From NCBI RefSeq assembly GCF_009914755.1, contig NC_060940.1: a stretch of DNA of 64,000 nucleotides. One strand, written 5' to 3'. Below are positions 28,901-44,200 of the stretch, piece by piece. The notes beneath the pieces are model-generated. The model searched no databases, was not told the origin of the DNA, and saw only the letters and a list, made by a program, of their open reading frames with translations. Origin of the DNA: the human T2T-CHM13v2.0 reference genome, Homo sapiens. The position numbers were made by a program, and so were the translations under genes. Position 1 is the first letter of the stretch, and each line of letters begins with the position of its first letter.

Positions 28901-29061
28901 ATGATGATTCCTTTCGATTCCATTCGCTGATGTTTCCGTTCAATTCCATTCGATGATGATTCCATTCGATTCCATTCATTGAGGATTCCATTTGATTCCA
29001 TTCAATGATGATTCCGTTCTATTCCATTCAATGATTGCATTCAATTCCATTCAGTGATTAT
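22950..29061 (+). repeat. Canonical higher-order unit, 6,112 bp
   Basis: Landmark at 22950 and 29062. ORF offset 24436 to 30548 = 6112. Confidence 0.92.
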
Positions 29062-32000
29062 CCCCTTAGAGTAAACTCAACGATTCCATTCAATACCATT
29101 CGATGATGATTCCTTTTGAGTCCATTCAATGATTTCATTCAAGTCCATTTGATGATTCCTTTCAATTCCATTCTATGATGATTCCATTCGAGTCCATTCG
29201 ATGATTCCATTCGATTGCATTCGATGATTCCATTATATTCCAGTCAACGATGATTCCATTCGAGTCCATTCGATGATTCCATTAGAGTACATTTAATGAT
29301 TGCTTTGTTTTCAATTCGAAGATGATTACATTGGATTCCATTCTATGATACCATTCGATTCCATTCAATGATGATTCCACTCAAATCCATTGGATGATTC
29401 CATTCGTGTCCATTCGGTGATTTCATTAGATTCCATTCGAGGATGATTCCATTCGATTCCATTCGATGATTCCATTCAATTCCATTCGAGGATGATTCCA
29501 TTCCAGTCCATATGATCATTCCATTTGATTTCATTCGATGATGATTCCATTCGATTCCATTCGATGATTCCATTCTATTCCATTCGATGATGATTCCATT
29601 CGAGTCCATTCGATGATTCCATTCGAGTCCATTTAATGATTCCATTGGGTTCAATTCAATGATGATTACATTGGATTCCGTTCTATGATTCCATTCAATT
29701 CCGTTCATTGACAATTTGATTCCATTCGATGATGATTCCATTTGAGTTCATTCGATGATTCTATTCGATTCTCTTCGATGGTGATTCAATTCTATTATAT
29801 TGGATGATTCCATTCGATTCCATTTGATGTTGATTCAATTCGATTCTATTCGATGATGATTCCATTGGATTTCACTTGATGATTCTATTCGATTCCATTC
29901 AATGATGATTCACTTCTCGTCCATTGGATGATTCCATTTCATTCCATTCGATGATGATTCCATTCGATTCCATTCGATGATTCCATTTGATTCCATGCGT
30001 CGGTGAGCAATTCGATTCAATTCCATGATGATTCTATTTGATTCAATTAGATGATGTTTCCATTCGAATCCATTCCATGATTATTCCATTGGAATCCATT
30101 CGGCGATGATTCCATATGAGTCAATTCAATGATGATTCCATATGGGTCCGTTCGATGATAATTCCATTTGATTTCATTCGGTGCTTCTATTCAATTCCAG
30201 TCGATGATGATTCCGTTGGAGTCCATACGATGATTCCATTTGATTTCATTTGATGATGATTCCATTCGATGATGATTACATTGGATTCCATTCTATGATT
30301 CCATTCAATTCCATTCGTTGATGATTCGATTCCATTAAATGATGATTCCATTTGAGTTCATTCGATGATTCTATTCGATTCCGTTCGATGGTGATTCAAT
30401 TCTCTTATATTGGATGAATCCACTCGATTCCATTTGATGATTATTCCATTGGAGTCCACTTAGTGAATCCTTCAGATTCTACTCGAAGATGATTCCATTC
30501 AAGTCCATTCGATGATACCATTCAATTCCATTCGTTGATGCTTCCATTCAAGTGCATTCGATGATATCATTCGATTCCATTTGATGATAATTCCATTTGA
30601 TTCCATGCGATGATTCTATTCGATTCCATTCAATGATAATTCCATTCAGTTCAGTGATTCCTCTGGACTCCATTTGATGATGATTCCATTCAATGATTCC
30701 ATTCGATTCTATTCGAAAGTGATTCCATTTGAATCCATTTGATGATGATTCCATTAGATTCCATTTGATGATTCCATTCGATTCCATTTGACGATGATTC
30801 CATTCGATTCCATGTGATGATTCCATTCTATTCTATTCGATGATGATTCCATTCGATTCCATTCGATGATGATTGGATTCGATTCCATTTGATGATTTCA
30901 TTTGATTCCATTCGTTAATGATTTCGATCAATTCCATTCGATGATTTCATTCGATTCCATTCGATAATGATTACATCCGTGTCCATTCAGTGATTCCATT
31001 TGAGCCTGTTCGATAATTCCATTTGAGTCCAACCAATGATTCCATTCATTTCCCTTCCATGATTCCATTCGAGTCCATTTGATCATTCCGGTAGGGTCCA
31101 TTCGATGTTGATTCCATTGGAGTGCATTCGATGATTCCATTCGAGTCCATTTTATGATTTGATTCGAGTTCTTTCGATGATTCCATTCGATTCCACTCGA
31201 TGATGATTTCATTCGAGTCCATTCGACACTTCCAATCGATTCCATTTGATGTTTCCATTCGAGTCCAATTGATGATTCCATTCAATTCCATTCGATGATG
31301 ATTCCGTACGATTCCATTCTGTGATGATTCCATGTGATTGCATTCAATGATGATTCCTTTAGATTGCATTCGATTGTGATTCATTTCGTCTTCATTCTAT
31401 GGTTCCACAGGTTTCCATTCGTGTCCATTCCATTATTCCATTCTATTCCATTTGATGATGATTCCATTCGATTCCATTCATTGGTGATTCCACTCAATTC
31501 CATTCAATGATTCCATTCCATTTCTTTCAACAATGATTCCATTAGTTTCTAATCGATGATCCACTTGATTCCATTTGACGACGATTCCATTCTTGTCCAT
31601 TCGATGATTCCATTTGATTCCATATGATGATGATTCCATTCGATTCCATACGATGATGATTCCATTCGAGTCCATTCAATGGTGATTCCATTCAATTCCA
31701 TTCGATGATTCCTTTCGATTCCATTCGATGATGATGGCATTCGATTCCTTTCAATCATTCCCTTTGATTCCATTCAAAGGTGATTTCATTCAAGTCCATT
31801 CGATAATTGCATTCGATTCCATTCTATGATGATTCCATTCGAGTCCATTTGATGATTCCATTCAATTCAAGTCAATGATGATTCCATTCGATTCCATTCG
31901 ATGATTCCATTGGATTCCATTCGATGATGATTCCATTCAAATCCATTCGATAATTCAATTCAAGTCCATTCGATGATGATTAAAATCGAATCCATTCAAA

Positions 32001-35000
32001 GATTCCATTCAGTTCCATTCGATGATTCCCTTAGATTCCATTCGATGATTCCACTTGATTTCATTTACGATGATTCCATTCGATTCCATGTGATGATTCC
32101 ATTCAATTCTATTCAATGCTGTTTCCATTTCTTTCCATTCGACCATGATTGCCTTTGATTCCATTCAATGACTCCATTCGGTTCCTTTTGATGATGATTC
32201 CGTTCGATTCCATTTGATGATTCCATTTGATTCCATTGGATGAGTCCATTCGATTACATTCGATGATTATTCCATTCGAGTGCATTAGATGATTCCATTC
32301 GAGTCCATTCGATGATTCCATTCGATTCCATTCGATGTTGATTCTGTTCAAATCCATTCGATGATTCCACTCGATTCCATTCGATGACTCCAGTTGATCC
32401 CATTCGATGATTTCCTTTGATTCCCTTTGATGATCATTCCATTTGATTCAATTCGGTGATTTCATTTGATTCCATTCAGTGATGTTTCCATTCGACTCCA
32501 TTCGATGATGATTCCATTCGACTCCATTCGATGATGATTCCATTCGACTCCATTCGATTATGATTTCATTCAATTCCATTCGATAATGATTCCCTTCGAG
32601 TCCATTCGATGATTCCATTCGATTCCATTCAACAATGATTTGATTCGTGTCCATTCGATGATTCCATTTGATTCCACTTGATGATGATTCCATTCGAGTC
32701 CATTTGATGATTCCATTCAATTCCATTCTCCGATGATTTCTTTTGAGCCCACTCAATGCTTCCACTCGATTCCATATGATGATGACTCCATTCGATGAAA
32801 TTCGATGATGATTCCATTCGCTTGCATTCGATGATGATTCCACTTGAGTCCATTAGAAGATTCTATTCAATTACATTCCATGACGATTCCGTTCGAGTCC
32901 ATTTGATGATTCCATTAGACTCCATTCGACGATGATTCCATTCGATGTTATTCGATGATTCCATTCGATCTCATTCGATGATGATTCCATTCAACTCCAT
33001 TCGATGTTTCCATTCGAGTTCATTCTATTATTCCATTAGATTCCATTCGATGATGATTCCATTCGATTCCATTTGATGATTGCATTCTATTTCATTTGAT
33101 GATGATTCCATTCGAGTCCACTCGATGATTCCATTCGAGTCCATTTAATGAATCCATTGGTTTCAATTCTATGATGATTACATTGGATTCCATTCGTTGA
33201 TGATTTCATTCGGTTCCATTCAATGATGATTCCATTCAATTCCTTTCAATGTTTCCATTCAATTCCATACGATGATGATTCCATTTGATTTGATTCGACA
33301 GTGAGCCATTCGATTCAATTCCATGATGATTCTATTTGATTCCATTGGTTGACATTTCCATTCGATTCCATTCGATGATGATTCCCTTTGATTCCATTCA
33401 AAGATGATTCCATTCTAGCCCATTCAATCATTCCATTCGATTCTATTCAATGATGATTCCATTCATGTCGATTTGGTGATTCCATTTGACTTCATTTGAT
33501 GATGATTCCTTTCAAGTTCATTAGATGATTCCATTCGATTCCATTTGATGATGATCCCATTCGAGTCCATTCAGTGATTCCACTCGTTTCCATTCCATGA
33601 TGATTCCATTCCATTCCATTCAATGATTCCATTCGATTCCGTTTGATGATGATTTCATTCGAGTCCATTTGATGATTCCATTTGATTCCATTCGATGATG
33701 ATTCCATTCGAGTCCATTCGATGATTCTATTCGAATCCATTTGATGATTTCTTTTGATTATATTTGGTGATGATTCCATTGGAGTCCATTCAATGATTCC
33801 ATTCGATTCCAATCGATGGTGATTCCATTAGAGTCCATTTAATGATTCCATTTGATTCCAGTCTCTGATGATTACATTCGAGTCCATACGATGATTCCAC
33901 TCAATTCCATATCATGATGATTCCATTCGATTCCATTCGATGATTCCATTCTATTCTATTCAATGGTGATTCCATTCGAGTACATTAGATGATTCCATTC
34001 GATTCCATTCAATGATGATTCTATTTGTGTCCCTTAGATGATTCCACATGATTCCATTAGATGATGATACTATTTGAGCCCATCCAATCATTCCCTTTGA
34101 TTCCATTCGATGAGGATTCCATTCGATTCAATTCATTGGTGATTCTATTCAATTCAATTCTTTGATTCCATTCCATTCCATTCGACAATGATTCCATTCG
34201 ATTTCTTTCGATGATTCCACTCGATTCCACTTGACATTGATTCCCTTCGATTCCATTCAATGATTCCATTTGATTCCAGTGGATGATGATTGCCATCGAT
34301 TCCATTTGATCACTCCATTCTATTCCACTTGATGATGATTACATTCGATTCCATTTGACGATTCCATCTGATTCTATTCGAGGATTCCATTTGATTCCAT
34401 TCGATGATGATTCCATTCGAGTCCATTCGATGATATCATTCGAGTACATCCAATGATTCCATTCGAGTCCATTTGATGATTCCATTTGATTCCATTTGAT
34501 AATGATTCTACTAGAGTCCATTCAATGACTCCATTGGAGTCCATTCAACAATTCCATTCGACTCCATTTGATGATTCCATTGGATTCCATTTGATGATTC
34601 CATTCGAGTCCATTTAATCATTACAGTCGAGTCCATTTGGTGATTCCACCGGCTTTCTTTTGATAATGATACCATTCAATTACATTTGATGATGATCCCA
34701 TTCAATTTCATTTGATGATGATTCCATTAGAGTCCATTCGATGATTTCATTCGAGTCCCTTCATTGATTCCATCCGATTTCATTGGATGATGACTCCATT
34801 CGAGTCCATTCGATGATTCCACTCGATTCCATTAGATGATTCCATTGGAGTCCATTTGATTGTTCCATTCGATTCCATTCGATTCCTTTCGAAGATTATT
34901 CCATTTGAGTCCATTCGATGATGATTCCATTCCATTCCATTCGATGATTCCGTTTGATTCCATTTGATGATTCCCTTCGATTCCTTTCTTTGATGATTCC

Positions 35001-35199
35001 ATTCCATTCCATTCAATGATTCCATTCGAATCTATTCCATGATGATTCCTTTCGATTCCATTCGCTGATGTTTCCGTTCAATTCCATTCGATGATGATTC
35101 CATTCGATTCCATTCATTGAGGATTCCATTTGATTCCATTCAATGATGATTCCGTTCTATTCCATTCAATGATTGCATTCAATTCCATTCAGTGATTAT
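29062..35199 (+). repeat. Higher-order unit, 6,138 bp (+26)
   Basis: Landmark at 29062 and 35200. Tandem duplication of ACTCCATTCGATGATGATTCCATTCG at 32495-32546. Confidence 0.9.
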
Positions 35200-38100
35200 C
35201 CCCTTAGAGTAAACTCAACGATTCCATTCAATACCATTCGATGATGATTCCTTTTGAGTCCATTCAATGATTTCATTCAAGTCCATTTGATGATTCCTTT
35301 GAATTCCATTCTATGATGATTCCATTCGAGTCCATTCGATGATTCCATTCGATTGCATTCGATGATTCCATTATATTCCAGTCAACGATGATTCCATTCG
35401 AGTCCATTCGATGATTCCATTAGAGTACATTTAATGATTGCTTTGTTTTCAATTCGAAGATGATTACATTGGATTCCATTCTATGATACCATTCGATTCC
35501 ATTCAATGATGATTCCACTCAAATCCATTGGATGATTCCATTCGTGTCCATTCGGTGATTTCATTAGATTCCATTCGAGGATGATTCCATTCGATTCCAT
35601 TCGATGATTCCATTCAATTCCATTCGAGGATGATTCCATTCCAGTCCATATGATCATTCCATTTGATTTCATTCGATGATGATTCCATTCGATTCCATTC
35701 GATGATTCCATTCTATTCCATTCGATGATGATTCCATTCGAGTCCATTCGATGATTCCATTCGAGTCCATTTAATGATTCCATTGGGTTCAATTCAATGA
35801 TGATTACATTGGATTCCGTTCTATGATTCCATTCAATTCCGTTCATTGACAATTTGATTCCATTCGATGATGATTCCATTTGAGTTCATTCGATGATTCT
35901 ATTCGATTCTCTTCGATGGTGATTCAATTCTATTATATTGGATGATTCCATTCGATTCCATTTGATGTTGATTCAATTCGATTCTATTCGATGATGATTC
36001 CATTGGATTTCACTTGATGATTCTATTCGATTCCATTCAATGATGATTCACTTCTCGTCCATTGGATGATTCCATTTCATTCCATTCGATGATGATTCCA
36101 TTCGATTCCATTCGATGATTCCATTTGATTCCATGCGTCGGTGAGCAATTCGATTCAATTCCATGATGATTCTATTTGATTCAATTAGATGATGTTTCCA
36201 TTCGAATCCATTCCATGATTATTCCATTGGAATCCATTCGGCGATGATTCCATATGAGTCAATTCAATGATGATTCCATATGGGTCCGTTCGATGATAAT
36301 TCCATTTGATTTCATTCGGTGCTTCTATTCAATTCCAGTCGATGATGGTTCCGTTGGAGTCCATACGATGATTCCATTTGATTTCATTTGATGATGATTC
36401 CATTCGATGATGATTACATTGGATTCCATTCTATGATTCCATTCAATTCCATTCGTTGATGATTCGATTCCATTCAATGATGATTCCATTTGAGTTCATT
36501 CGATGATTCTATTCGATTCCGTTCGATGGTGATTCAATTCTCTTATATTGGATGAATCCACTCGATTCCATTTGATGATTATTCCATTGGAGTCCACTTA
36601 GTGAATCCTTCAGATTCTACTCGAAGATGATTCCATTCAAGTCCATTCGATGATACCATTCAATTCCATTCGTTGATGCTTCCATTCAAGTGCATTCGAT
36701 GATATCATTCGATTCCATTTGATGATAATTCCATTTGATTCCGTGCGATGATTCTATTCGATTCCATTCAATGATAATTCCATTCAGTTCAGTGATTCCT
36801 CTGGACTCCATTTGATGATGATTCCATTCAATGATTCCATTCGATTCTATTCGAAAGTGATTCCATTTGAATCCATTTGATGATGATTCCATTAGATTCC
36901 ATTTGATGATTCCATTCGATTCCATGCGACGATGATTCCATTCGATTCCATGTGATGATTCCATTCTATTCTATTCGATGATGATTCCATTCGATTCCAT
37001 TCGATGATGATTGGATTCGATTCCATTTGATGATATCATTTGATTCCATTCGTTAATGATTTCGATCAATTCCATTCGATGATTCCATTCGATTCCATTC
37101 GATAATGATTACATCCGTGTCCATTCAGTGATTCCATTTGAGCCTGTTCGATAATTCCATTTGAGTCCAACCAATGATTCCATTCATTTCCATTCAATGA
37201 TTCCATTCGAGTCCATTTGATCATTCCGGTAGGGTCCATTCGATGTTGATTCCATTGGAGTGCATTCGATGATTCCATTCGAGTCCATTTTACGATTTGA
37301 TTCGAGTCCTTTCGATGATTCCATTCGATTCCACTCGATGATGATTTCATTCGAGTCCATTCGACACTTCCAATCGATTCCATTTGAGGTTTCCATTCGA
37401 TTCCAATTGATGATTCCATTCAATTCCATTCGATGATGATTCCGTAGGATTCCATTCTGTGATGATTCCATGTGATTGCATTCAATGATGATTCCTTTAG
37501 ATTGCATTCGATTGTGATTCATTTCGTCTTCATTCTATGGTTCCACAGGTTTCCATTCGTGTCCATTCCATTATTCCATTCTATTCCATTTGATGATGAT
37601 TCCATTCGATTCCATTCATTGGTGATTCCACTCAATTCCATTCAATGATTCCATTCCATTTCTTTCAACAATGATTCCATTAGTTTCTAATCGATGATCC
37701 ACTTGATTCCATTTGACGACGATTCCATTCTTGTCCATTCGATGGTTCCATTTGATTCCATATGATGATGATTCCATTCGATTCCATACGATGATGATTC
37801 CATTCGAGTCCATTCAATGGTGATTCCATTCAATTCCATTCGATGATTCCTTTCGATTCCATTCGATGATGATGGCATTCGATTCCTTTCAATCATTCCC
37901 TTTGATTCCATTCAAAGGTGATTTCATTCAAGTCCATTCGATAATTGCATTCGATTCCATTCTATGATGATTCCATTCGAGTCCATTTGATGATTCCATT
38001 CAATTCAAGTCAATGATGATTCCATTCGATTCCATTCGATGATTCCATTGGATTCCATTCGATGATGATTCCATTCAAATCCATTCGATAATTCAATTCA

Positions 38101-41100
38101 AGTCCATTCGATGATGATTAAAATCGAATCCATTCAAAGATTCCATTCAGTTCCATTCGATGATTCCATTAGATTCCATTCGATGATTCCACTTGATTTC
38201 ATTTACGATGATTCCATTCGATTCCATGTGATGATTCCATTCAATTCTATTCAATGCTGTTTCCATTTGATTCCATTCGACCATGATTGCCTTTGATTCC
38301 ATTCAATGACTCCATTCGGTTCCTTTTGATGATGATTCCGTTCGATTCCATTTCATTATTCCATTTGATTCCATTGGATGAGTCCATTCGATTACATTCG
38401 ATGATTATTCCATTCGAGTGCATTAGATGATTCCATTCGAGTCCATTCGATGATTCCATTCGATTCCATTCGATGTTGATTCTGTTCAAATCCATTCGAT
38501 GATTCCACTCGATTCCATTCGATGACTCCAGTTGATCCCATTCGATGATTTCCTTTGATTCCCTTTGATGATCATTCCATTTGATTCAATTCGGTGATTT
38601 CATTTGATTCCATTCAGTGATGTTTCCATTCGACTCCATTCGATGATGATTCCATTCGACTCCATTCGATTATGATTTCATTCAATTCCATTCGATAATG
38701 ATTCCCTTCGAGTCCATTCGATGATTCCATTCGATTCCATTCAACGATGATTTGATTCGTGTCCATTCGATGATTCCATTTGATTCCACTTGATGATGAT
38801 TCCATTCGAGTCCATTTGATGATTCCATTCAATTCCATTCTCCGATGATTTCTTTTGAGCCCACTCAATGCTTCCACTCGATTCCATATGATGATGACTC
38901 CATTCGATGAAATTCGATGATGATTCCATTCGCTTGCATTCGATGATGATTCCACTTGAGTCCATTAGAAGATTCTATTCAATTACATTCCATGACGATT
39001 CCGTTCGAGTCCATTTGATGATTCCATTAGACTCCATTCGACGATGATTCCATTCGATGTTATTCGATGATTCCATTCGATCTCATTCGATGATGATTCC
39101 ATTCAACTCCATTCGATGTTTCCATTCGAGTTCATTCTATTATTCCATTAGATTCCATTCGATGATGATTCCATTCGATTCCATTTGATGATTGCATTCT
39201 ATTTCATTTGATGATGATTCCATTCGAGTCCACTCGATGATTCCATTCGAGTCCATTTAATGAATCCATTGGTTTCAATTCTATGATGATTACATTGGAT
39301 TCCATTCGTTGATGATTTCATTCGGTTCCATTCAATGATGATTCCATTCAATTCCTTTCAATGTTTCCATTCAATTCCATACGATGATGATTCCATTTGA
39401 TTTGATTCGACAGTGAGCCATTCGATTCAATTCCATGATGATTCTATTTGATTCCATTGGTTGACATTTCCATTCGATTCCATTCGATGATGATTCCCTT
39501 TGATTCCATTCAAAGATGATTCCATTCTAGCCCATTCAATCATTCCATTCGATTCTATTCAATGATGATTCCATTCATGTCGATTAGGTGATTCCATTTG
39601 ACTTCATTTGATGATGATTCCTTTCAAGTTCATTAGATGATTCCATTCGATTCCATTTGATGATGATCCCATTCGAGTCCATTCAGTGATTCCACTCGTT
39701 TCCATTCCATGATGATTCCATTCCATTCCATTCAATGATTCCATTCGATTCCGTTTGATGATGATTTCATTCGAGTCCATTTGATGATTCCATTTGATTC
39801 CATTCGATGATGATTCCATTCGAGTCCATTCGATGATTCTATTCGAATCCATTTGATGATTTCTTTTGATTATAGTTGGTGATGATTCCATTGGAGTCCA
39901 TTCAATGATTCCATTTGATTCCAGTCTCTGATGATTACATTCGAGTCCATACGATGATTCCACTCAATTCCATATGATGATGATTCCATTCGATTCCATT
40001 CGGTGATTCCATTCTATTCTATTCAATGGTGATTCCATTCGAGTACATTAGATGATTCCATTCGATTCCATTCAATGATGATTCTATTTGTGTCCCTTAG
40101 ATGATTCCACATGATTCCATTAGATGATGATACTATTTGAGCCCATCCAATGATACCCTTCGATATCATTCGATGAGGATTCCATTCGATTCAATTCATT
40201 GGTGATTCTATTCAATTCAATTCTTTGATTCCATTCCATTCCATTCGACAATGATTCCATTCGATTTCTTTCGATGATTCCACTCGATTCCACTTGACAT
40301 TGATTCCCTTCGATTCCATTCAATGATTCCATTTGATTCCAGTGGATGATGATTGCCATCGATTCCATTCGATCACTCCATTCTATTCCATTTGATGATG
40401 ATTACATTCGATTCCATTTGACGATTCCATCTGATTCTATTCGAGGATTCCATTTGATTCCATTCGATGATGATTCCATTCGAGTCCATTCGATGATTTC
40501 ATTCGAGTACATCCAATGATTCCATTCGAGTCCATTTGATGATTCCATTTGATTCCATTTGATAATGATTCTACTAGAGTCCATTCAATGACTCCATTCG
40601 AGTCCATTCAACAATTCCATTCGACTCCATTTGATGATTCCATTGGATTCCATTTGATGATTCCATTCGAGTCCATTTAATCATTACAGTCGAGTCCATT
40701 TGGTGATTCCACCGGATTTCTTTTGATAATGATACCATTCAATTACATTTGATGATGATCCCATTCAATTTCATTTGATGATGATTCCATTAGAGTCCAT
40801 TCGATGATTTCATTCGAGTCCCTTCATTGATTCCATCCGATTTCATTGGATGATGACTCCATTCGAGTCCATTCGATGATTCCACTCGATTCCATTAGAT
40901 GATTCCATTGGAGTCCATTTGATTGTTCCATTCGATTCCATTCGATTCCTTTCGAAGATTATTCCATTTGAGTCCATTCGATGATGATTCCATTCCATTC
41001 CATTCGATGATTCCGTTTGATTCCATTCGATGATTCCCTTCGATTCCTTTCTTTGATGATTCCATTCCATTCCATTCAATGATTCCATTCGAATCTATTC

Positions 41101-41262
41101 CATGATGATTCCTTTCGATTCCATTCGCTGATGTTTCCGTTCAATTCCATTCGATGATGATTCCATTCGATTCCATTCATTGAGGATTCCATTTGATTCC
41201 ATTCAATGATGATTCCGTTCTATTCCATTCAATGATTGCATTCAATTCCATTCAATGATTAT
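35200..41262 (+). repeat. Higher-order unit, 6,063 bp (-49)
   Basis: Landmark at 35200 and 41263. The segment containing CCAATCGATGGTGATTCCATTAGAG is missing at ~39910. Confidence 0.9.
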
Positions 41263-44200
41263 CCCCTTAGAGTAAACTCAACGATTCCATTCAATACCAT
41301 TCGATGATGATTCCTTTTGAGTCCATTCAATGATTTCATTCAAGTCCATTTGATGATTCCTTTCAATTCCATTCTATGATGATTCCATTCGAGTCCATTC
41401 GATGATTCCATTCGATTGCATTCGATTATTCCATTATATTCCAGTCAACGATGATTCCATTCGAGTCCATTCGATGATTCCATTAGAGTACATTTAATGA
41501 TTGCTTTGTTTTCAATTCGAAGATGATTACATTGGATTCCATTCTATGATACCATTCGATTCCATTCAATGATGATTCCACTCAAATCCATTGGATGATT
41601 CCATTCGTGTCCATTCGGTGATTTCATTAGATTCCATTCGAGGATGATTCCATTCGATTCCATTCGATGATTCCATTCAATTCCATTCGAGGATGATTCC
41701 ATTCCAGTCCATATGATCATTCCATTTGATTTCATTCGATGATGATTCCATTCGATTCCATTCGATGATTCCATTCTATTCCATTCGATGATGATTCCAT
41801 TCGAGTCCATTCGATGATTCCATTCGAGTCCATTTAATGATTCCATTGGGTTCAATTCAATGATGATTACATTGGATTCCGTTCTATGATTCCATTCAAT
41901 TCCGTTCATTGACAATTTGATTCCATTCGATGATGATTCCATTTGAGTTCATTCGATGATTCTATTCGATTCTCTTCGATGGTGATTCAATTCTATTATA
42001 TTGGATGATTCCATTCGATTCCATTTGATGTTGATTCAATTCGATTCTATTCGATGATGATTCCATTGGATTTCACTTGATGATTCTATTCGATTCCATT
42101 CAATGATGATTCACTTCTCGTCCATTGGATGATTCCATTTCATTCCATTCGATGATGATTCCATTCGATTCCATTCGATGATTCCATTTGATTCCATGCG
42201 ACGGTGAGCAATTCGATTCAATTCCATGATGATTCTATTTGATTCAATTAGATGATGTTTCCATTCGAATCCATTCCATGATTATTCCATTGGAATCCAT
42301 TTGGCGATGATTCCATATGAGTCAATTCAATGATGATTCCATATGGGTCCGTTCGATGATAATTCCATTTGATTTCATTCGATGCTTCTATTCTATTCCA
42401 GTCGATGATGATTCCGTTGGAGTCCATACGATGATTCCATTTGATTTCATTTGATGATGATTCCATTCGATGATGATTACATTGGATTCCATTCTATGAT
42501 TCCATTCAATTCCATTCGTTGATGATTCGATTCCATTCAATGATGATTCCATTTGAGTTCATTCGATGATTCTATTCGATTCCGTTCGATGGTGATTCAA
42601 TTCTATTATATTGGATGATTCCACTCGATTCCATTTGATGATTATTCCATTGGAGTCCACTTAGTGAATCCTTTAGATTCTACTCGAAGATGATTCCATT
42701 CGAGTCCATTCAATGATACCATTCAATTTCATTCATTGATGCTTCCATTCAAGTGCATTCAATGATATCATTCGATTCCATTTGATGATAATTCCATTTG
42801 ATTCCATGCGATGATTCTATTCGATTCCATTCAATGATAATTCCATTCAATTCAGTGATTCCTCTGGACTCCATTTGATGATGATTCCATTCAATGATTC
42901 CATTCGATTCTATTCCAAAATGATTCCATTTGAATCCATTTGATGATGATTCCATTAGATTCCATTTGATGATTCCATTCAATTGCATTTGACGATGATT
43001 CCATTCGATTCCATTTGATGATTCCATTCTATTCTATTCTATGATGATTCCATTCGATTCCATTTGATGATGATTGGATTCGATTCCATTTGATGATTTC
43101 ATTTGATTCCATTCGTTAATGATTTCGATCAACTCCATTCGATGATTCCATTTGATTCCATTCGATAATGATTACATCCGAGTCCATTCGATGATTCCAT
43201 TTGAGCCCGTTCGATAATTCCATTTGAGTCCAATCAATGATTCCATACATTTCCATTCAATGATTCCATTCGAGTCCATTTGATCATTCTGGTAGGGTCC
43301 GTTCGATGTTGATTCCATTGGAGTGCATTCGATGATTCCATTCGAGTCCATTTTATGATTTGATTCGAGTCCTTTCGATGATTCCATTCGATTCCACTCG
43401 ATGATGATTTCATTCGAGTCCATTCGACACTTCCAATCGATTCCATTTGATGTTTCCATTCGAGTCCAATTGATGATTCCATTCAATTGCATTCGATGAT
43501 GATTCCGTACGACTCCATTCTGTGATGATTCCATGTGATTGCATTCAATGATGATTCCTTTCGACTGCATTCGATTATGATTCATTTCGTGTTCATTCTA
43601 TGGTTCCACAGGTTTCCATTCGATGACGTTTCCGTTCGTGTCCATTCCATTATTCCATTCTATTCCATTTGAAGATGATTCCATTCGATTCCATTCATTG
43701 GTGATTCCACTCAATTCCATTCAATGATTCCATTCCATTTCTTTCAACAATGATTCCATTAGTTTCTATTCGATGATCCACTTGATTCCATTTGGCGATG
43801 ATTCCATTCGTGTCCATTCGATGATTCCATTTGATTCCATATGATGATGATTCCATTCGATTCCATACCATGATGATTCCATTCGAGTCCATTCAATGGT
43901 GATTCCATTCAATTCCATTCGATGATTCCTTCCGATTCCATTCGATGATGATGGCATTCGATTCCTTTCAATCATTCCCTTTGATTCCATTCAAAGGTGA
44001 TTTCATTCAAGTCCATTCGATAATTGCATTCGATTCCATTCTATGATGATTCCATTCGAGTCCATTTGATGATTCCATTCAATTCAAGTCAATGATGATT
44101 CCATTCGATTCCACTCGATGATTCCATTGGATTCCATTCGATGATGATTCCATTCAAATCCATTCGATAATTCAATTCAAGTCCATTCGATGATGATTCC

